From: Massilicoli timonensis
Lineage (GTDB): Bacteria; Bacillota_I; Bacilli_A; Erysipelotrichales; Erysipelotrichaceae
Direction of reading: 5' to 3'
Assembly: GCF_900199515.1 (NCBI RefSeq)
Contig: NZ_LT963434.1
Location: forward strand, 603,272-635,271
Length of the DNA: 32,000 nucleotides
The position numbers were made by a program, and so were the translations under genes. The notes under the pieces were generated by a model. The model did not search any database. It was not told the origin of the DNA and saw only the letters and a list, made by a program, of their open reading frames with translations. Below are positions 7,466-17,366 of this stretch, one piece after another; the stretch's first letter is position 1, and each line of letters begins with the position of its first letter.

Positions 7466-8743
7466 TTATAAATAGCGGTCCAACTGTTCCTCTACCTGCT
7501 TGATCTTTTTTACTTTCGGCGCTTTGATGAGCTTTCCCCGCGTACAGACCATGCTGATGCTGCGCAAGGCGCTGAGATCTTCTAACGGGTTTTCCTTGGT
7601 TACGATGAGATCCGCTGCTTTCCCCGCCATGATGACCCCGGTCAGATCACCGATACCGGCAATGCGGGCATTGACCTGCGTTGCGCTGTGCAAAGCAAAG
7701 CGATTGGACACATCACAGTATTTATGGAAATAGTGAAGTTCTCGCCACATATCATAGTGCGTGACATAAGGACAGCCGGTATCTGTCCCCAGTCCTACCG
7801 GTATGCCCGCCTTTAAGCATGCCTTCGCACAGGCAATGATGCCTTCAAATACGATCTTGCCGTTATATTGCGCTGTTTGTGAAACATGACTGATTGAACG
7901 ATCAAACAAAGCAAACGGCAGCGCCGGCGACAATGTAGCCACATGCGCCGCTTTATTTGACAAAAACAGCTCGATGCACGCTTCATCGATTTCCGCACCG
8001 TGTTCGATCGTATCCACACCGTTTTCCAGCGCCGCTTTCACCCCTTGCGGGCTTTCCACATGCGCCGCTACCGGCAGACCATGGCGATGCGCTTCTTCAC
8101 ACGCCGCCTTCACAAATTCACCCGGCATCTTCAAAGCGCCCGGTTCTCCCTTTTCCTTTGCATCCAGCACGCCGCCGGTGATCATCAGCTTCACGACATT
8201 GGGATGGGTTTTTATGATCGCACGCACATCCGCTATCACTTCTTCCACACTTTTCGCCTCGTATGCCAAAGAACCGGCCATATGTCCGCCCGGCACCGAT
8301 ACTGCCATATTAGAAGCTAAGATCCGCGGCAGCTCTTTGCCATGCTCGCTCATCTCTCTCACCGCGCTGTCAAAGTCGAGAATGCCGCCCATCGTACGGA
8401 TCGTCGTAACACCGCTCATCAGCTGTTTCCGTGCGTTCGCCGCACATAAGCGTTTCGCCGCATAGCGAAACAATGCGTTGCTGCTTACCCATTTGACCAG
8501 TTTGATTGGATCGCTTTCTTTTTTCTTAGGCTTTCCGCCCGCCGGCAAATGCACATGCAAATTGATCAGTCCCGGCATCAGATACTGCCCCTTCAGATCA
8601 ATGATCTCATAGCCCTGCGGTACCTGTTCATCTGCTATGATGTCCTTGATCCAGCTGCCTTCCGTTAAAACGATCTTGCCGCGCACCGGCTCCATGTCCT
8701 TTGTTCCATCTAATATGATTCCGTTGATCCATGCGTATTTCAT
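7466..8743 (-). CDS. Metal-dependent amidohydrolase family protein (COG1228-like dipeptidase/imidazolonepropionase-like)
   Basis: Metal-ligand motifs are present: LINLHVHL (HxH), VKLMITGGV (bridging Lys), AAHVES, TIEHG and GLGTDTG. The start was trimmed to MKYAWINGIILDG (ATG 8743), which follows GAGGTG. Confidence 0.8.
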   Translation of the reverse strand: MKYAWINGIILDGTKDMEPVRGKIVLTEGSWIKDIIADEQVPQGYEIIDLKGQYLMPGLINLHVHLPAGGKPKKKESDPIKLVKWVSSNALFRYAAKRLCAANARKQLMSGVTTIRTMGGILDFDSAVREMSEHGKELPRILASNMAVSVPGGHMAGSLAYEAKSVEEVIADVRAIIKTHPNVVKLMITGGVLDAKEKGEPGALKMPGEFVKAACEEAHRHGLPVAAHVESPQGVKAALENGVDTIEHGAEIDEACIELFLSNKAAHVATLSPALPFALFDRSISHVSQTAQYNGKIVFEGIIACAKACLKAGIPVGLGTDTGCPYVTHYDMWRELHYFHKYCDVSNRFALHSATQVNARIAGIGDLTGVIMAGKAADLIVTKENPLEDLSALRSISMVCTRGKLIKAPKVKKIKQVEEQLDRYL

Positions 8744-8767
8744 CTTATGCACCTCATCTTTTTTTGT

Positions 8768-8776
8768 ATTATAACA
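8768..8776 (-). promoter_or_regulatory. Extended -10 element (TGTTATAAT) for the amidohydrolase gene
   Basis: The reverse complement reads attTGTTTcttcgcgtattcaaTGtTATAATacaaaaaaagatGAGGTGcataagATG. Confidence 0.4.
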
Positions 8777-8941
8777 TTGAATACGCGAAGAAACAAATCT
8801 GCTTATCGAAACCCTTTCCTGTTTATGGGATAAATACCTGTTCTTAAGGACATACTGTATATGAGTGGAAAAAGTCATTGGAACATGATAGGATAAATAT
8901 TAGTTAGTTAAAACTAACAAAAAAAGAAAGGAAGGACTACT

Positions 8942-10234
8942 ATGAAACCTTATATGATCGAAAACGTCATCGGGCGTGAGATCCTAGATTCTCGCGGAAT
9001 CCCGACTGTTGAAGCACAGATCGTGCTGCAAGACGGCACCACCGCAAGAGCCAGCGTGCCAAGCGGCGCTTCCACCGGTGAATTTGAGGCGCTGGAGCTA
9101 CGTGATCAAGATGCAGGACGCTATTTGGGAAAAGGCGTTATGAAGGCCGTACACCACATCAACCATGAGATCAAAGAAGCGATCAAAGGCATGGATGTTT
9201 CAGACATTTATGCGATTGACGCGGCGATGCTTGCCTTGGATGGCAGTGAAGACAAGATCCATTTAGGCGCAAATGCCATTCTGGCTGTTTCTTTGGCCTG
9301 TGCCAAGACCGCTGCGAAAGCTTATCATCTCCCGCTTTATCGCTTCATCGGCGGGATCAATGCCAACCGCATGCCGCTGCCGATGATGAATATCTTAAAC
9401 GGCGGGGCCCATGCCGCCAATACTGTCGATATTCAGGAGTTTATGATCATGCCGATCGGCGCATCAGATTTTCAGGAAGGACTGCGCTGGTGTGCGGAAG
9501 TCTTTCAAACTCTGAAAGCGATCTTGAAAAAAGACGGACACATTACCGCTGTCGGTGATGAAGGCGGCTTTGCCCCAAACTTAAAGAACGATGAAGAAGC
9601 GATCGAATACATCTTAAAAGCGATCGAAGCAGCCGGTTATCGGGCGGGCAGTGATTTTGCCTTGGCATTAGATGCGGCCGCCAGTGAATGGAAAAGCAAA
9701 GACGACGATGCTTATTTTCTGCCGAAATCAAAAATACGCTATACCAGCGAACAGCTGATCGAACGCTGGGAACAGCTGGTACAGTCTTATCCGATCATTT
9801 CGATCGAGGACGGGTTAGATGAAGAAGACTGGGAAGGCTGGCAAGAATTAACGAAACGCTTAGGCAAGCAGATCCAGCTGGTAGGCGATGATCTGTTCGT
9901 CACCAATACCAAGCGATTAAGCAAAGGCATCAAGCAGCACTGTGCCAATGCGATCTTGATCAAGCTGAATCAGATCGGTTCTTTGTCAGAGACGATGGAA
10001 GCGGTGAAGATGGCACAGGAAGCAGGCTACCGTGCGATCATTTCCCATCGCTCCGGTGAAAGCGAAGATACCACGATCGCCGATCTGGCAGTCGCACTCA
10101 ATACTTCTCAGATCAAGACCGGCGCGCCAAGCCGCAGTGAACGCGTGGCGAAATACAATCAGCTGCTGCGCATTGAGGAAGCACTGGGCGAGCATGCAAT
10201 CTGCTTAAAGGAAAAAGCCGTTGCCAACCGTTGA
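8942..10234 (+). CDS. eno: Enolase (phosphopyruvate hydratase)
   Basis: [19 protein letters not shown]...[18 protein letters not shown]...[17 protein letters not shown]...[23 protein letters not shown] are hallmark enolase motifs. The gene is preceded by AAAGGAAGG. Confidence 0.97.
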   Translation: MKPYMIENVIGREILDSRGIPTVEAQIVLQDGTTARASVPSGASTGEFEALELRDQDAGRYLGKGVMKAVHHINHEIKEAIKGMDVSDIYAIDAAMLALDGSEDKIHLGANAILAVSLACAKTAAKAYHLPLYRFIGGINANRMPLPMMNILNGGAHAANTVDIQEFMIMPIGASDFQEGLRWCAEVFQTLKAILKKDGHITAVGDEGGFAPNLKNDEEAIEYILKAIEAAGYRAGSDFALALDAAASEWKSKDDDAYFLPKSKIRYTSEQLIERWEQLVQSYPIISIEDGLDEEDWEGWQELTKRLGKQIQLVGDDLFVTNTKRLSKGIKQHCANAILIKLNQIGSLSETMEAVKMAQEAGYRAIISHRSGESEDTTIADLAVALNTSQIKTGAPSRSERVAKYNQLLRIEEALGEHAICLKEKAVANR

Positions 10235-10252
10235 TCCTCCTCTCCTATAAGA

Positions 10253-10297
10253 AAACAGCGATTGCTGCCCAAAAGCAGTAAACCGCTGTTTTTTTTG
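10253..10297. terminator. Bidirectional terminator between eno and the convergent ABC exporter operon
   Basis: AAACAGCGattgCTGCccaaaaGCAGtaaaCCGCTGTTTTTTTTT is an interrupted long hairpin with a T8 run on the plus strand and an A-run on the other side. Confidence 0.7.
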
Positions 10298-12175
10298 TTA
10301 ATCCAATTCTAACCCTCCGGTATATAACTGATAGTAAGTACCCTTTTCCTGCATCAGTTTTTCATGATTGCCGCGTTCAATGATCCGCCCTTGATCCATC
10401 ACCATAATGACATCAGAGTTGCGAATCGTCGATAAACGATGGGCAATGACAAAGACCGTTCTGCCTTCCATCAGTTTATCCATACCGTCCTGTACGATCT
10501 TTTCGGTACGGGAATCGATCGAAGAAGTCGCTTCATCTAAGATCAAGACCGGTGAATTAGCCAAAGCCGCTCTGGCGATCGCCAATAACTGCCGCTGTCC
10601 CTGTGATAAAGCCGCACCATCACCGGTAATGACCGTATCATAGCCATTTTCCAAATAATGAATGAACGTATCCGCATTGGCTAATTTCGCCGCCGCGATC
10701 ACTTCTTCATCACTTGCGTCACTTTTTCCATAACGGATATTATCGCGGATCGTTCCGGTAAATAAATGCGTATCCTGCAAGACGATCCCTAAAGAACGGC
10801 GCAGATCATCTTTTTTGATCAGCTTGATGTCGATGCCGTCATACGTGATCGATCCGCTTTGAATATCATAGAAGCGGTTGATGAGATTGGTGATCGTCGT
10901 CTTGCCTGCTCCCGTCGCACCGACAAAGGCAACCTTCTGTCCGCGTTTCGCATAAAGCGAAATATCATGTAAGATCTGTTTATCCGCGTTATAACCGAAA
11001 TCCACCGCATCAAAGATCACATCGCCTTTTAGCGGCACATATTCCACTTTCCCATTTGGACGCGGATGGCACCATGCCCATTTCCCAGTCTGCTTTTCAC
11101 AAGGGATCAGCACGCCGTTTTCTTCCTTGACATTGACAAGGGTAACGATGCCCTGATCGCTTTCCGCCGCTTCATCCATCAAAGCGAAGATTCGCTTCGC
11201 CCCGGCTGATGCCATGATCACGAAGTTCAACTGCTGGGAAATCTGGGTAATCGGCATCGTAAAGGAGCGATTCAACTGTAAAAAGCTTGCCAGACCGCCA
11301 AGTGTCAGCGCCCCGATGCCGTTGATTGCCAATAAACCGCCGATCAGCGCGGTCAGCACATAGGAGATATTCCCCAGATTGCCAAGGATCGGCATTAAGA
11401 TATTGGCATACTGATTGGCATGATAAGCACTGTCGCATAAGCGTTCGTTGACCTCGTCAAAGCCTTCCTTGGTCGCCTCTTCATGGGTAAACACTTTGAT
11501 GACCTTCTGTCCTGCCATCATTTCTTCGATATAGCCGTTTACCTCACCGAGATGCTTCTGCTGCGCATTGAAATAAAGCGAAGATTTTGCGGCGATCTTC
11601 CCCATGACCTGAAACATGACCGCCGTCATCACGATGACGATCAGTGTCAGATAAGGACTGCGCATGACCATGGAAATAAATACGCTGATCACTGTGATCA
11701 GTGAAGAAAACAGCTGTGGAATACTTTGTGAGATCGCCTGCCGCAGCGTATCCGCATCATTGGTGTAAACCGACATGATATCGCCGTGATTGCGTGTATC
11801 AAAGTAGCGGATCGGCAGTTTTTCCATATGCGAAAACAGATCGTCGCGAATATTTTTCATCGTTCCCTGCGCCACATTGATCAAGATCCTGCTATACAGA
11901 TAAGTGGAAAGCACACCGCATCCATAGATCGCTCCCATCATCGTTAATGCTTCTAATAACGGAGCGAAGTCTGCCCGTCCGCTGCTTGCCAACATCGGCG
12001 TAATATAATCGTCGATCAAGGTTTTCAAAAACAGTGAGCTTGCGACAGAGGCTAAGGAGCTGATTACGATAAAGAACATCGTAAACAGACAGGCAGCTTT
12101 ATAATGCTTGAGCACATAAACGACTAAGCGTCCCAGCACTTTCATGCTCGCTTTATCGGCTCTGATCTTTCTCAT
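10298..12175 (-). CDS. ABC exporter half-transporter (TMD-NBD), subunit with consensus catalytic Glu and degenerate signature
   Basis: Six-TM exporter domain plus an NBD. Walker A is GATGAGKTT, the signature is LSQGQRQ (not LSGGQ), Walker B is LILDEATSSID, and the H-loop is VIAHRLST. Its start overlaps the upstream partner gene (ATGA). Confidence 0.9.
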   Translation of the reverse strand: MRKIRADKASMKVLGRLVVYVLKHYKAACLFTMFFIVISSLASVASSLFLKTLIDDYITPMLASSGRADFAPLLEALTMMGAIYGCGVLSTYLYSRILINVAQGTMKNIRDDLFSHMEKLPIRYFDTRNHGDIMSVYTNDADTLRQAISQSIPQLFSSLITVISVFISMVMRSPYLTLIVIVMTAVMFQVMGKIAAKSSLYFNAQQKHLGEVNGYIEEMMAGQKVIKVFTHEEATKEGFDEVNERLCDSAYHANQYANILMPILGNLGNISYVLTALIGGLLAINGIGALTLGGLASFLQLNRSFTMPITQISQQLNFVIMASAGAKRIFALMDEAAESDQGIVTLVNVKEENGVLIPCEKQTGKWAWCHPRPNGKVEYVPLKGDVIFDAVDFGYNADKQILHDISLYAKRGQKVAFVGATGAGKTTITNLINRFYDIQSGSITYDGIDIKLIKKDDLRRSLGIVLQDTHLFTGTIRDNIRYGKSDASDEEVIAAAKLANADTFIHYLENGYDTVITGDGAALSQGQRQLLAIARAALANSPVLILDEATSSIDSRTEKIVQDGMDKLMEGRTVFVIAHRLSTIRNSDVIMVMDQGRIIERGNHEKLMQEKGTYYQLYTGGLELD

Positions 12176-13902
12176 GCTTCCTCGCCCCCTTTCACCTGTG
12201 TTTCATACACTTCCCGATAGATCTTGCAGCGGGATAACAGTTCTTCATGCTTGCCCGCATCCACGATCTTCCCATCATCCATCACCAAGATGCGATCCGC
12301 ATCCTGCAAAGAAGAAATACGCTGGGATATGATCAGCTTGGTCGTATCCGGAATATCCTCTTTGAACGCTTTGCGGATCAGCGCATCGGTCTTAGTATCG
12401 ACCGCACTGGTCGAATCATCTAAGATCAAGATCTTCGGTTTCTTCAACAGCGCTCTGGCAATGCACAAACGCTGTTTCTGACCGCCCGACACATTGCTTC
12501 CGCCCTGTTCGATATACGTATCATAGCCTTTTGGAAAACGCTTGATAAACTCATCTGCCTGCGCGAGTTCACAGGCTTTGATCAGTTCTTCATCACTGGC
12601 ATCGGGATCGCCCCAGCGCAGATTTTCTTTGATCGTACCGGAAAATAAGACGTTATTTTGTAAAACGACCGCTACCTGATCGCGCAGGGCGTCAAGATCA
12701 TAATCTTTCACATTCACACCGCCTACCGACAACGTACCTGCACTTACATCATAAAGTCTTGGAATCAGATTGACAAAGGACGACTTTCCACTGCCCGTAC
12801 CGCCCAAAATACCGATCGTTTCCCCGCTTTTGATCGTAAAGTGAATATCCTGTAAATTCGGTTCTGCCTGGTCGTTGTTATAAGCGAAATCCACATGATC
12901 AAACACGATTTCGCCGTTTTTCACTTCTTTGACCGCATGCGGCGGCGATACGATATCGCTGGTTTCATCCAGCACTTCATCGATTCTTCGTACAGAAGCT
13001 AACGACATCGAAAGCATGACAAAGATCATCGAAAGCATCATGAGCGACATCAAGATCGTCGTCGTATAAGTGATCATGCTCATCAGCTCACCGGTCGTAA
13101 GCGTACCGCCCACGATCATCTTCGCACCCATCCAGGAAATAAAAATGATGCTTGCATACATGCTCAACTGCATGGCCGGCGTATTGAAGATCAAAATATT
13201 TTCCGCTTTCTTAAATAAGCGATAAATATGGTAAGAAGCACTTTTGAATTTCTCGATTTCATGTTCTTCCTTCACATAGGCTTTCACGACCCGCATATTC
13301 GTAATATTTTCCTGTACGCTGGCATTGAGATCATCGTATTTGTCAAACACATACAGAAAGATCGGATGTGCGAAACGCATGATCACGATGAGGACGACCC
13401 CCAGAAAAAGGATCGCATACAAAAAGGTCATCGAAAGTTCATGATTGATCACAAAAGTCATCGTCATGGCACAGATCAACGAAAGCGGCGCTCTGACACA
13501 CATTCTGAGCACCATCTGATAGGCATTCTGCACATTGGTCACATCAGTCGTCATACGCGTAACCAAGCCTGCCGTCGAATATTTATCAATGTTGTGAAAA
13601 GAAAACTCCTGAATGTGATGAAACAGCGCTTTACGCAGATTCTTAGCGAATCCCGCAGAAGCATAAGCCGCATATTTCCCTGACATCGCACCGCAAAACA
13701 AAGAACCAAATGCCGCGATCACCATGATCCCGCCATAAAAAAGCACTTGCTTCATATCCCCTTTCGCAACTCCTTTGTCAATGATGAACGACATCAAAAA
13801 CGGCAAAGCGATTTCCAGCAATACTTCGCCGACCATAAACAAAGGCGCAAGAAAAGAAGCGAGTTTATATTCTTTTACTTCTTTCAAAATTCTTTTGATC
13901 AT
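12172..13902 (-). CDS. ABC exporter half-transporter (TMD-NBD), subunit with degenerate Walker B
   Basis: Walker A is GGTGSGKSS and the signature is VSGGQKQR. Walker B is ILILDDSTSAVD, with Asp in place of the catalytic Glu. The gene is preceded by GGAAGGAG. Confidence 0.9.
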   Translation of the reverse strand: MIKRILKEVKEYKLASFLAPLFMVGEVLLEIALPFLMSFIIDKGVAKGDMKQVLFYGGIMVIAAFGSLFCGAMSGKYAAYASAGFAKNLRKALFHHIQEFSFHNIDKYSTAGLVTRMTTDVTNVQNAYQMVLRMCVRAPLSLICAMTMTFVINHELSMTFLYAILFLGVVLIVIMRFAHPIFLYVFDKYDDLNASVQENITNMRVVKAYVKEEHEIEKFKSASYHIYRLFKKAENILIFNTPAMQLSMYASIIFISWMGAKMIVGGTLTTGELMSMITYTTTILMSLMMLSMIFVMLSMSLASVRRIDEVLDETSDIVSPPHAVKEVKNGEIVFDHVDFAYNNDQAEPNLQDIHFTIKSGETIGILGGTGSGKSSFVNLIPRLYDVSAGTLSVGGVNVKDYDLDALRDQVAVVLQNNVLFSGTIKENLRWGDPDASDEELIKACELAQADEFIKRFPKGYDTYIEQGGSNVSGGQKQRLCIARALLKKPKILILDDSTSAVDTKTDALIRKAFKEDIPDTTKLIISQRISSLQDADRILVMDDGKIVDAGKHEELLSRCKIYREVYETQVKGGEEA

Positions 13903-13925
13903 CTAAACACTCCTTCCCAAATTTA

Positions 13926-13937
13926 ATAGCACGCTAT
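13926..13937. promoter_or_regulatory. ATAGCACGCTAT pseudo-palindromic box, copy 1 (between marR and the ABC genes)
   Basis: The 12-mer is identical to the box at 14403..14414. Both copies have TTTAATAG immediately 5' of or overlapping the box. Confidence 0.35.
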
Positions 13938-13956
13938 CTTTTAAGCGATGAAAAAA

Positions 13957-14382
13957 TCAACTGTGCTGATGCAAGATCTTTTTCAATAACCGTTGCAGTT
14001 CATCTGCTTCTTTTTCGCTGAGCGAAGCGATCAGCTCCTCCTCCGCTTCACGAAACTTAATCTGTAACTGCTTGTCGATTTCCAGCGCTTTTTCCGTTAC
14101 CACGATATTGCGCACCCGCGCATCGCTTGGACACTCCACCCGCTCGATCAAGCCTTTATGCTCCAAACGGTTGAGAATCCCGGTAACAGTCGGATTCGAC
14201 ACATCCATCTCCCGCTCAATATCTTTTTGATTGACTTCCTTTTGCGCGCGCTTTGCCTCAAACAGATAAATCAAAGAAAAAGTCTGGCTGGCTGTCAGAT
14301 CGAATTCCTTGAAGATCTGATTTAACTGCATCTGATGAAGCAAATTCGCTTGTTTCAACAAAAAGCCGATGTGTCGGCGCAT
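13957..14382 (-). CDS. MarR-family transcriptional regulator
   Basis: FDLTASQTFSLIYLF...QKDIEREMDVSNPTVTGILNRLEHKGLIERVECPSDARVRNIVVTEKA is a MarR wHTH. The start was trimmed to MRRHIGF (ATG 14382), which follows AAAGGAGGG. Confidence 0.85.
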   Translation of the reverse strand: MRRHIGFLLKQANLLHQMQLNQIFKEFDLTASQTFSLIYLFEAKRAQKEVNQKDIEREMDVSNPTVTGILNRLEHKGLIERVECPSDARVRNIVVTEKALEIDKQLQIKFREAEEELIASLSEKEADELQRLLKKILHQHS

Positions 14383-14402
14383 GGCGCTCCCTCCTTTAAT
14401 AG

Positions 14403-14414
14403 ATAGCACGCTAT
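14403..14414. promoter_or_regulatory. ATAGCACGCTAT box, copy 2, immediately downstream of the marR -10 (candidate autoregulatory operator)
   Basis: The reverse complement reads TTGACAtagtcaggatctatggTAGAATaaATAGCGTGCTATctattaaaggaggg. Confidence 0.4.
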
Positions 14415-14416
14415 TT

Positions 14417-14444
14417 ATTCTACCATAGATCCTGACTATGTCAA
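14417..14444 (-). promoter_or_regulatory. Sigma-A promoter TTGACA-16-TAGAAT of the marR-ABC operon
   Basis: The -35 and -10 hexamers were read directly from the sequence. A short terminator-like hairpin (GUUUCA-9nt-UGAAAC plus U-run) from the upstream AI-2E gene lies just before it, around 14456..14483. Confidence 0.55.
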
Positions 14445-14483
14445 GTCATAAAAAAGGTTTCACCATAACGATGAAACACCTTC

Positions 14484-15761
14484 TTACTGTTCTTGTTCTT
14501 CACTAAAGGCAAGCGGATCAAAAGGCAACTCTTCCTCTTCCTCATAATCAAAAGGCGCTTTTTCCGCTTCTTCCTTTGGAAAGATCACTTTGTCATGATC
14601 GACCAAGATCCGTTCTTTGGCAAGGCGTTGATTTACCAATTCCGCGAAAAGCACATAGAGAAAAGCCGCTGTCGGCACCGCCGTGATCATGCCGATAAAG
14701 CCAAACAGATCGCCGAATACAAAGATCGAAAGCAGCACCCAAAGTCCCGGCAGTCCCACGGAATTGCCCACGACCTTCGGATAAATATAATTATCTTCGA
14801 TCTGTGAAAGAATCTGGTAATAAACGATAAACTCCAGCGCCTGCAATGCATCCTGTGATAAGATCATCACCGCCCCGATCGCCATTGCCAGCATCGGTCC
14901 CAGTACCGGTACGATCGACATGACCGCGATCATCGTAGCGATCAGTTCCGCATAAGGGAAGTGAAACAAGCGCATCGTCGTATAGTATAAGACACCCAAA
15001 ATACATGCCTCCATCAGCTGGCCGCTCACAAAGCTCGTAAAAATGCGGTTTGCCTTGGTGCCGCACGCCAGTACAAATTCAGCCTGCTGCCGCGGCAATA
15101 AGACGACGATCAGTTTCTTCCCCTGACGAATAAACTTCTCTTTGCCGGAAAGCAGATACAGAGAAAACATAAAAGCCGTAAACCAAGTAAAGAAAGTCGA
15201 ACTGAACGCCATAGCATTGTCCATGATCCCGCTGAAGCTGTTTGATAAAAACGCCACGGCATTGGAGATCACACTGCTCCATGACATATCCAGAAATTTC
15301 TCAACGCTGGCGATATCCTGCACTTGAAAATCAATGTGCAGATAAGCAAGCACCTCATCCAGCGAACGGACGACGCCGTTAAATAAAGCCGGCAAATTTT
15401 GAAACAGCTGGATCAAAGAATCCACCAGACTTGGAATGATCAAAGAACCGACAACGATCAAAACGACCAGCGCCAAGATCAGTGTAAAAAAGATCGCGAT
15501 GCCGCGTACGCGCTTATAGAGAAAGCCGTTTTTCGCAAAGCGTTTTTTCATCAATCGTTCCAGTTTGCGCATCGGTATATTCAAGACAAAGGCGATACCG
15601 ATCGCATAAAACAAGGAGCGAAAAAGTGCCAAAAATGATAAGAACGCCGCCATGATAAACGAAAAGCGAAATAAAAACACCGTCAGCAGCACTGCATAAG
15701 TAATCAGGATGATCCACAAACGCAAGTCTTTCCACGTCTGCGTATTGGTAACTTTTTTCAT
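14484..15761 (-). CDS. AI-2E family transporter (PerM/UPF0118)
   Basis: Polytopic protein with the family-typical C-terminal region YYQILSQIEDNYIYPKVVGNSVGLPGLWVLLSIFVFGDLFGFIGMITAVP. It has an acidic C-terminal tail. Confidence 0.85.
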   Translation of the reverse strand: MKKVTNTQTWKDLRLWIILITYAVLLTVFLFRFSFIMAAFLSFLALFRSLFYAIGIAFVLNIPMRKLERLMKKRFAKNGFLYKRVRGIAIFFTLILALVVLIVVGSLIIPSLVDSLIQLFQNLPALFNGVVRSLDEVLAYLHIDFQVQDIASVEKFLDMSWSSVISNAVAFLSNSFSGIMDNAMAFSSTFFTWFTAFMFSLYLLSGKEKFIRQGKKLIVVLLPRQQAEFVLACGTKANRIFTSFVSGQLMEACILGVLYYTTMRLFHFPYAELIATMIAVMSIVPVLGPMLAMAIGAVMILSQDALQALEFIVYYQILSQIEDNYIYPKVVGNSVGLPGLWVLLSIFVFGDLFGFIGMITAVPTAAFLYVLFAELVNQRLAKERILVDHDKVIFPKEEAEKAPFDYEEEEELPFDPLAFSEEQEQ

Positions 15762-15784
15762 CTCATCACATCCAATCTTTTTTT

Positions 15785-15793
15785 ATTATAGCA
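15785..15793 (-). promoter_or_regulatory. Extended -10 (TGCTATAAT) for the AI-2E gene
   Basis: The reverse complement reads ttgcgatttaTGcTATAATaaaaaaagattggatgtgatgagATG. It lies about 50 bp from the IS insertion point. Confidence 0.45.
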
Positions 15794-15812
15794 TAAATCG
15801 CAAGGAACCCAA

Positions 15813-15842
15813 ACCATTCCTGAAAGAAAGCGATGATCTTAT
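15813..15842. repeat. Left copy of the 30-bp target-site duplication
   Basis: ACCATTCCTGAAAGAAAGCGATGATCTTAT is identical at 30/30 positions to 17367..17396. Confidence 0.9.
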
Positions 15843-17366
15843 ATGAATCGAAAATGATAATGTCTTAATGAAACGGAATTGAATTTGTCCCAAAAGTGAT
15901 ATATGATAAACCTTTCGTGAAAGAGAGGTTAATATGAGAGAGGTTGTATTAAGAATGAAAGAACAATATAAATATGAAATTATTAAAAAATTAGTTGATA
16001 CCAACGGAAACAAGAAAAACGCTGCTTTGAAATTGCATTGCACGATCCGTACCGTGAATCGTTTGATTCTGTTATATCAGAATGAAGGAAAAGAAGGTTT
16101 TATCCATAAGAATAGAAACAGGAAACCTTCTACTACTATTCCTGAAGATACAAGACGTAAAGTGATCGATCTGTATCGTACTAAATATCACGATGCCAAT
16201 TTTACTCATTTTTCTGAACTCCTTTTGAAGAATGAGAATATTTCTGTTAGTGATTCTACTATTAAGAAATGGTTATTTGATGAAGGGATCCTTTCTCCTA
16301 AAGCAAGAAAGAAAACGATCAAAAAAATGAAATCTATCTTGAGCGAACATAAGAAACGATCAAATTCTAAAAAAGAACTGGTTAAGATCGAGGAAAAACT
16401 TGAACGCTTAGATAGATCTGATGCTCATCCTCGCCGTCCTCGTTGTGCTTACTTTGGTGAATTGATTCAGATGGATGCCTCTCCTCACCTTTGGTTTGGT
16501 GATACCATCTCTCATCTTCATTTAGCGATCGATGATGCCACCGGTATGATCGTGGGTGCTTATTTTGATCGTCAGGAAACATTAAATGCTTATTATCAAA
16601 TTACCTACCAGATACTCACTGCTTATGGCATCCCTGCTAAGTTCTTCACAGACCGTCGTACTGTTTTTGAATACAAAAGAAAAAACGCATCTTCTGATGA
16701 AGAAGACACGTTTACACAGTTCTCTTATGCCTGTCATCAATTAGGGATCGAATTAGAATGTTCAAGCGTTCCGCAAGCAAAAGGGCGTGTAGAACGCTTG
16801 AACCAAACCCTGCAATCTCGTTTGCCTATTGAGCTTAGACTTGCAGGTATTTCCACCATAGAGGAAGCCAACGAGTTCTTAAACTCCTACATAAAAGAAT
16901 TCAATGACATGTTCTCTCTACCCTTAAATAATACTAAAACAGTATTTGAAAAGCAACCAGAGAACACAAAAATCAATCAAATCTTAGCTGTATTGAGTAC
17001 ACGTAAAATAGACAACGGTCACTGTATACGCTATAAGAACAAGTATTACATACCTGTTACAAAAAATGGAATCAGGACATACTTGAAAAAAGGTACTACA
17101 GCCATGGTCATCGAATCCTTTGAAGGAAGTTTATATGTCAATATTCTTGATCAGCTTTTCGTTATGGTAGAAATTCCTGAACATGAAGAACTATCTAAAA
17201 CTTTTGATGTACAATATGAGAAACCTAAACAAAGAAAGTACTATATACCGCCTATGTCACATCCTTGGAAACATGCTTCTTATCTCAATTATGTGGCAAA
17301 ACAAAAGCACCGAATGAACGGTGCTAATGTTTGACTTTTTTTGGGACATTTTCATTTTCGCTTGAC
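15843..17366 (+). mobile_element. Intact insertion sequence (about 1.52 kb) with one rve/DDE transposase; IS1202/ISNCY-like by architecture
   Basis: The terminal inverted repeats are imperfect: atgaatCGAAAATGAtAATGTC on the left and gtcaagCGAAAATGAaAATGTC on the right (reverse complement). The element has a single transposase ORF and is flanked by a perfect 30-bp direct repeat. It is visibly more A+T-rich than the flanking DNA. Confidence 0.85.
15934..17334 (+). CDS. DDE (rve/integrase-core) transposase with N-terminal HTH
   Basis: The N-terminal HTH reads NGNKKNAALKLHCTIRTVNRLILLYQNEGKEGF. The catalytic triad context is IQMDASPH..., FTDRRTVFEY and QAKGRVERLNQTLQSRL. An RBS (AGAGAGG) lies 5 nt upstream. 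An alternative start is MKEQYKY. Confidence 0.9.
   Translation: MREVVLRMKEQYKYEIIKKLVDTNGNKKNAALKLHCTIRTVNRLILLYQNEGKEGFIHKNRNRKPSTTIPEDTRRKVIDLYRTKYHDANFTHFSELLLKNENISVSDSTIKKWLFDEGILSPKARKKTIKKMKSILSEHKKRSNSKKELVKIEEKLERLDRSDAHPRRPRCAYFGELIQMDASPHLWFGDTISHLHLAIDDATGMIVGAYFDRQETLNAYYQITYQILTAYGIPAKFFTDRRTVFEYKRKNASSDEEDTFTQFSYACHQLGIELECSSVPQAKGRVERLNQTLQSRLPIELRLAGISTIEEANEFLNSYIKEFNDMFSLPLNNTKTVFEKQPENTKINQILAVLSTRKIDNGHCIRYKNKYYIPVTKNGIRTYLKKGTTAMVIESFEGSLYVNILDQLFVMVEIPEHEELSKTFDVQYEKPKQRKYYIPPMSHPWKHASYLNYVAKQKHRMNGANV

Noticed and set aside
8744-8878. N-terminal extensions given by the ORF track: amidohydrolase +45 aa, CMD-cupin +28 aa, LysR +23 aa, ABC-F +24 aa, RnfG +15 aa, MarR +9 aa, small Rnf ORF +18 aa.
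   Set aside because: Each has an internal ATG preceded by a good SD, and each internal start matches the family-typical N-terminus. Several track starts are GTG or TTG and overlap promoters or upstream genes.
8903-8918. The inverted repeat GTTAGT-taaa-ACTAAC just upstream of the eno RBS, considered as a possible regulatory hairpin or operator.
   Set aside because: It is a 6-bp AT-rich stem with no second copy and no recognisable regulator context. It is too weak to call.
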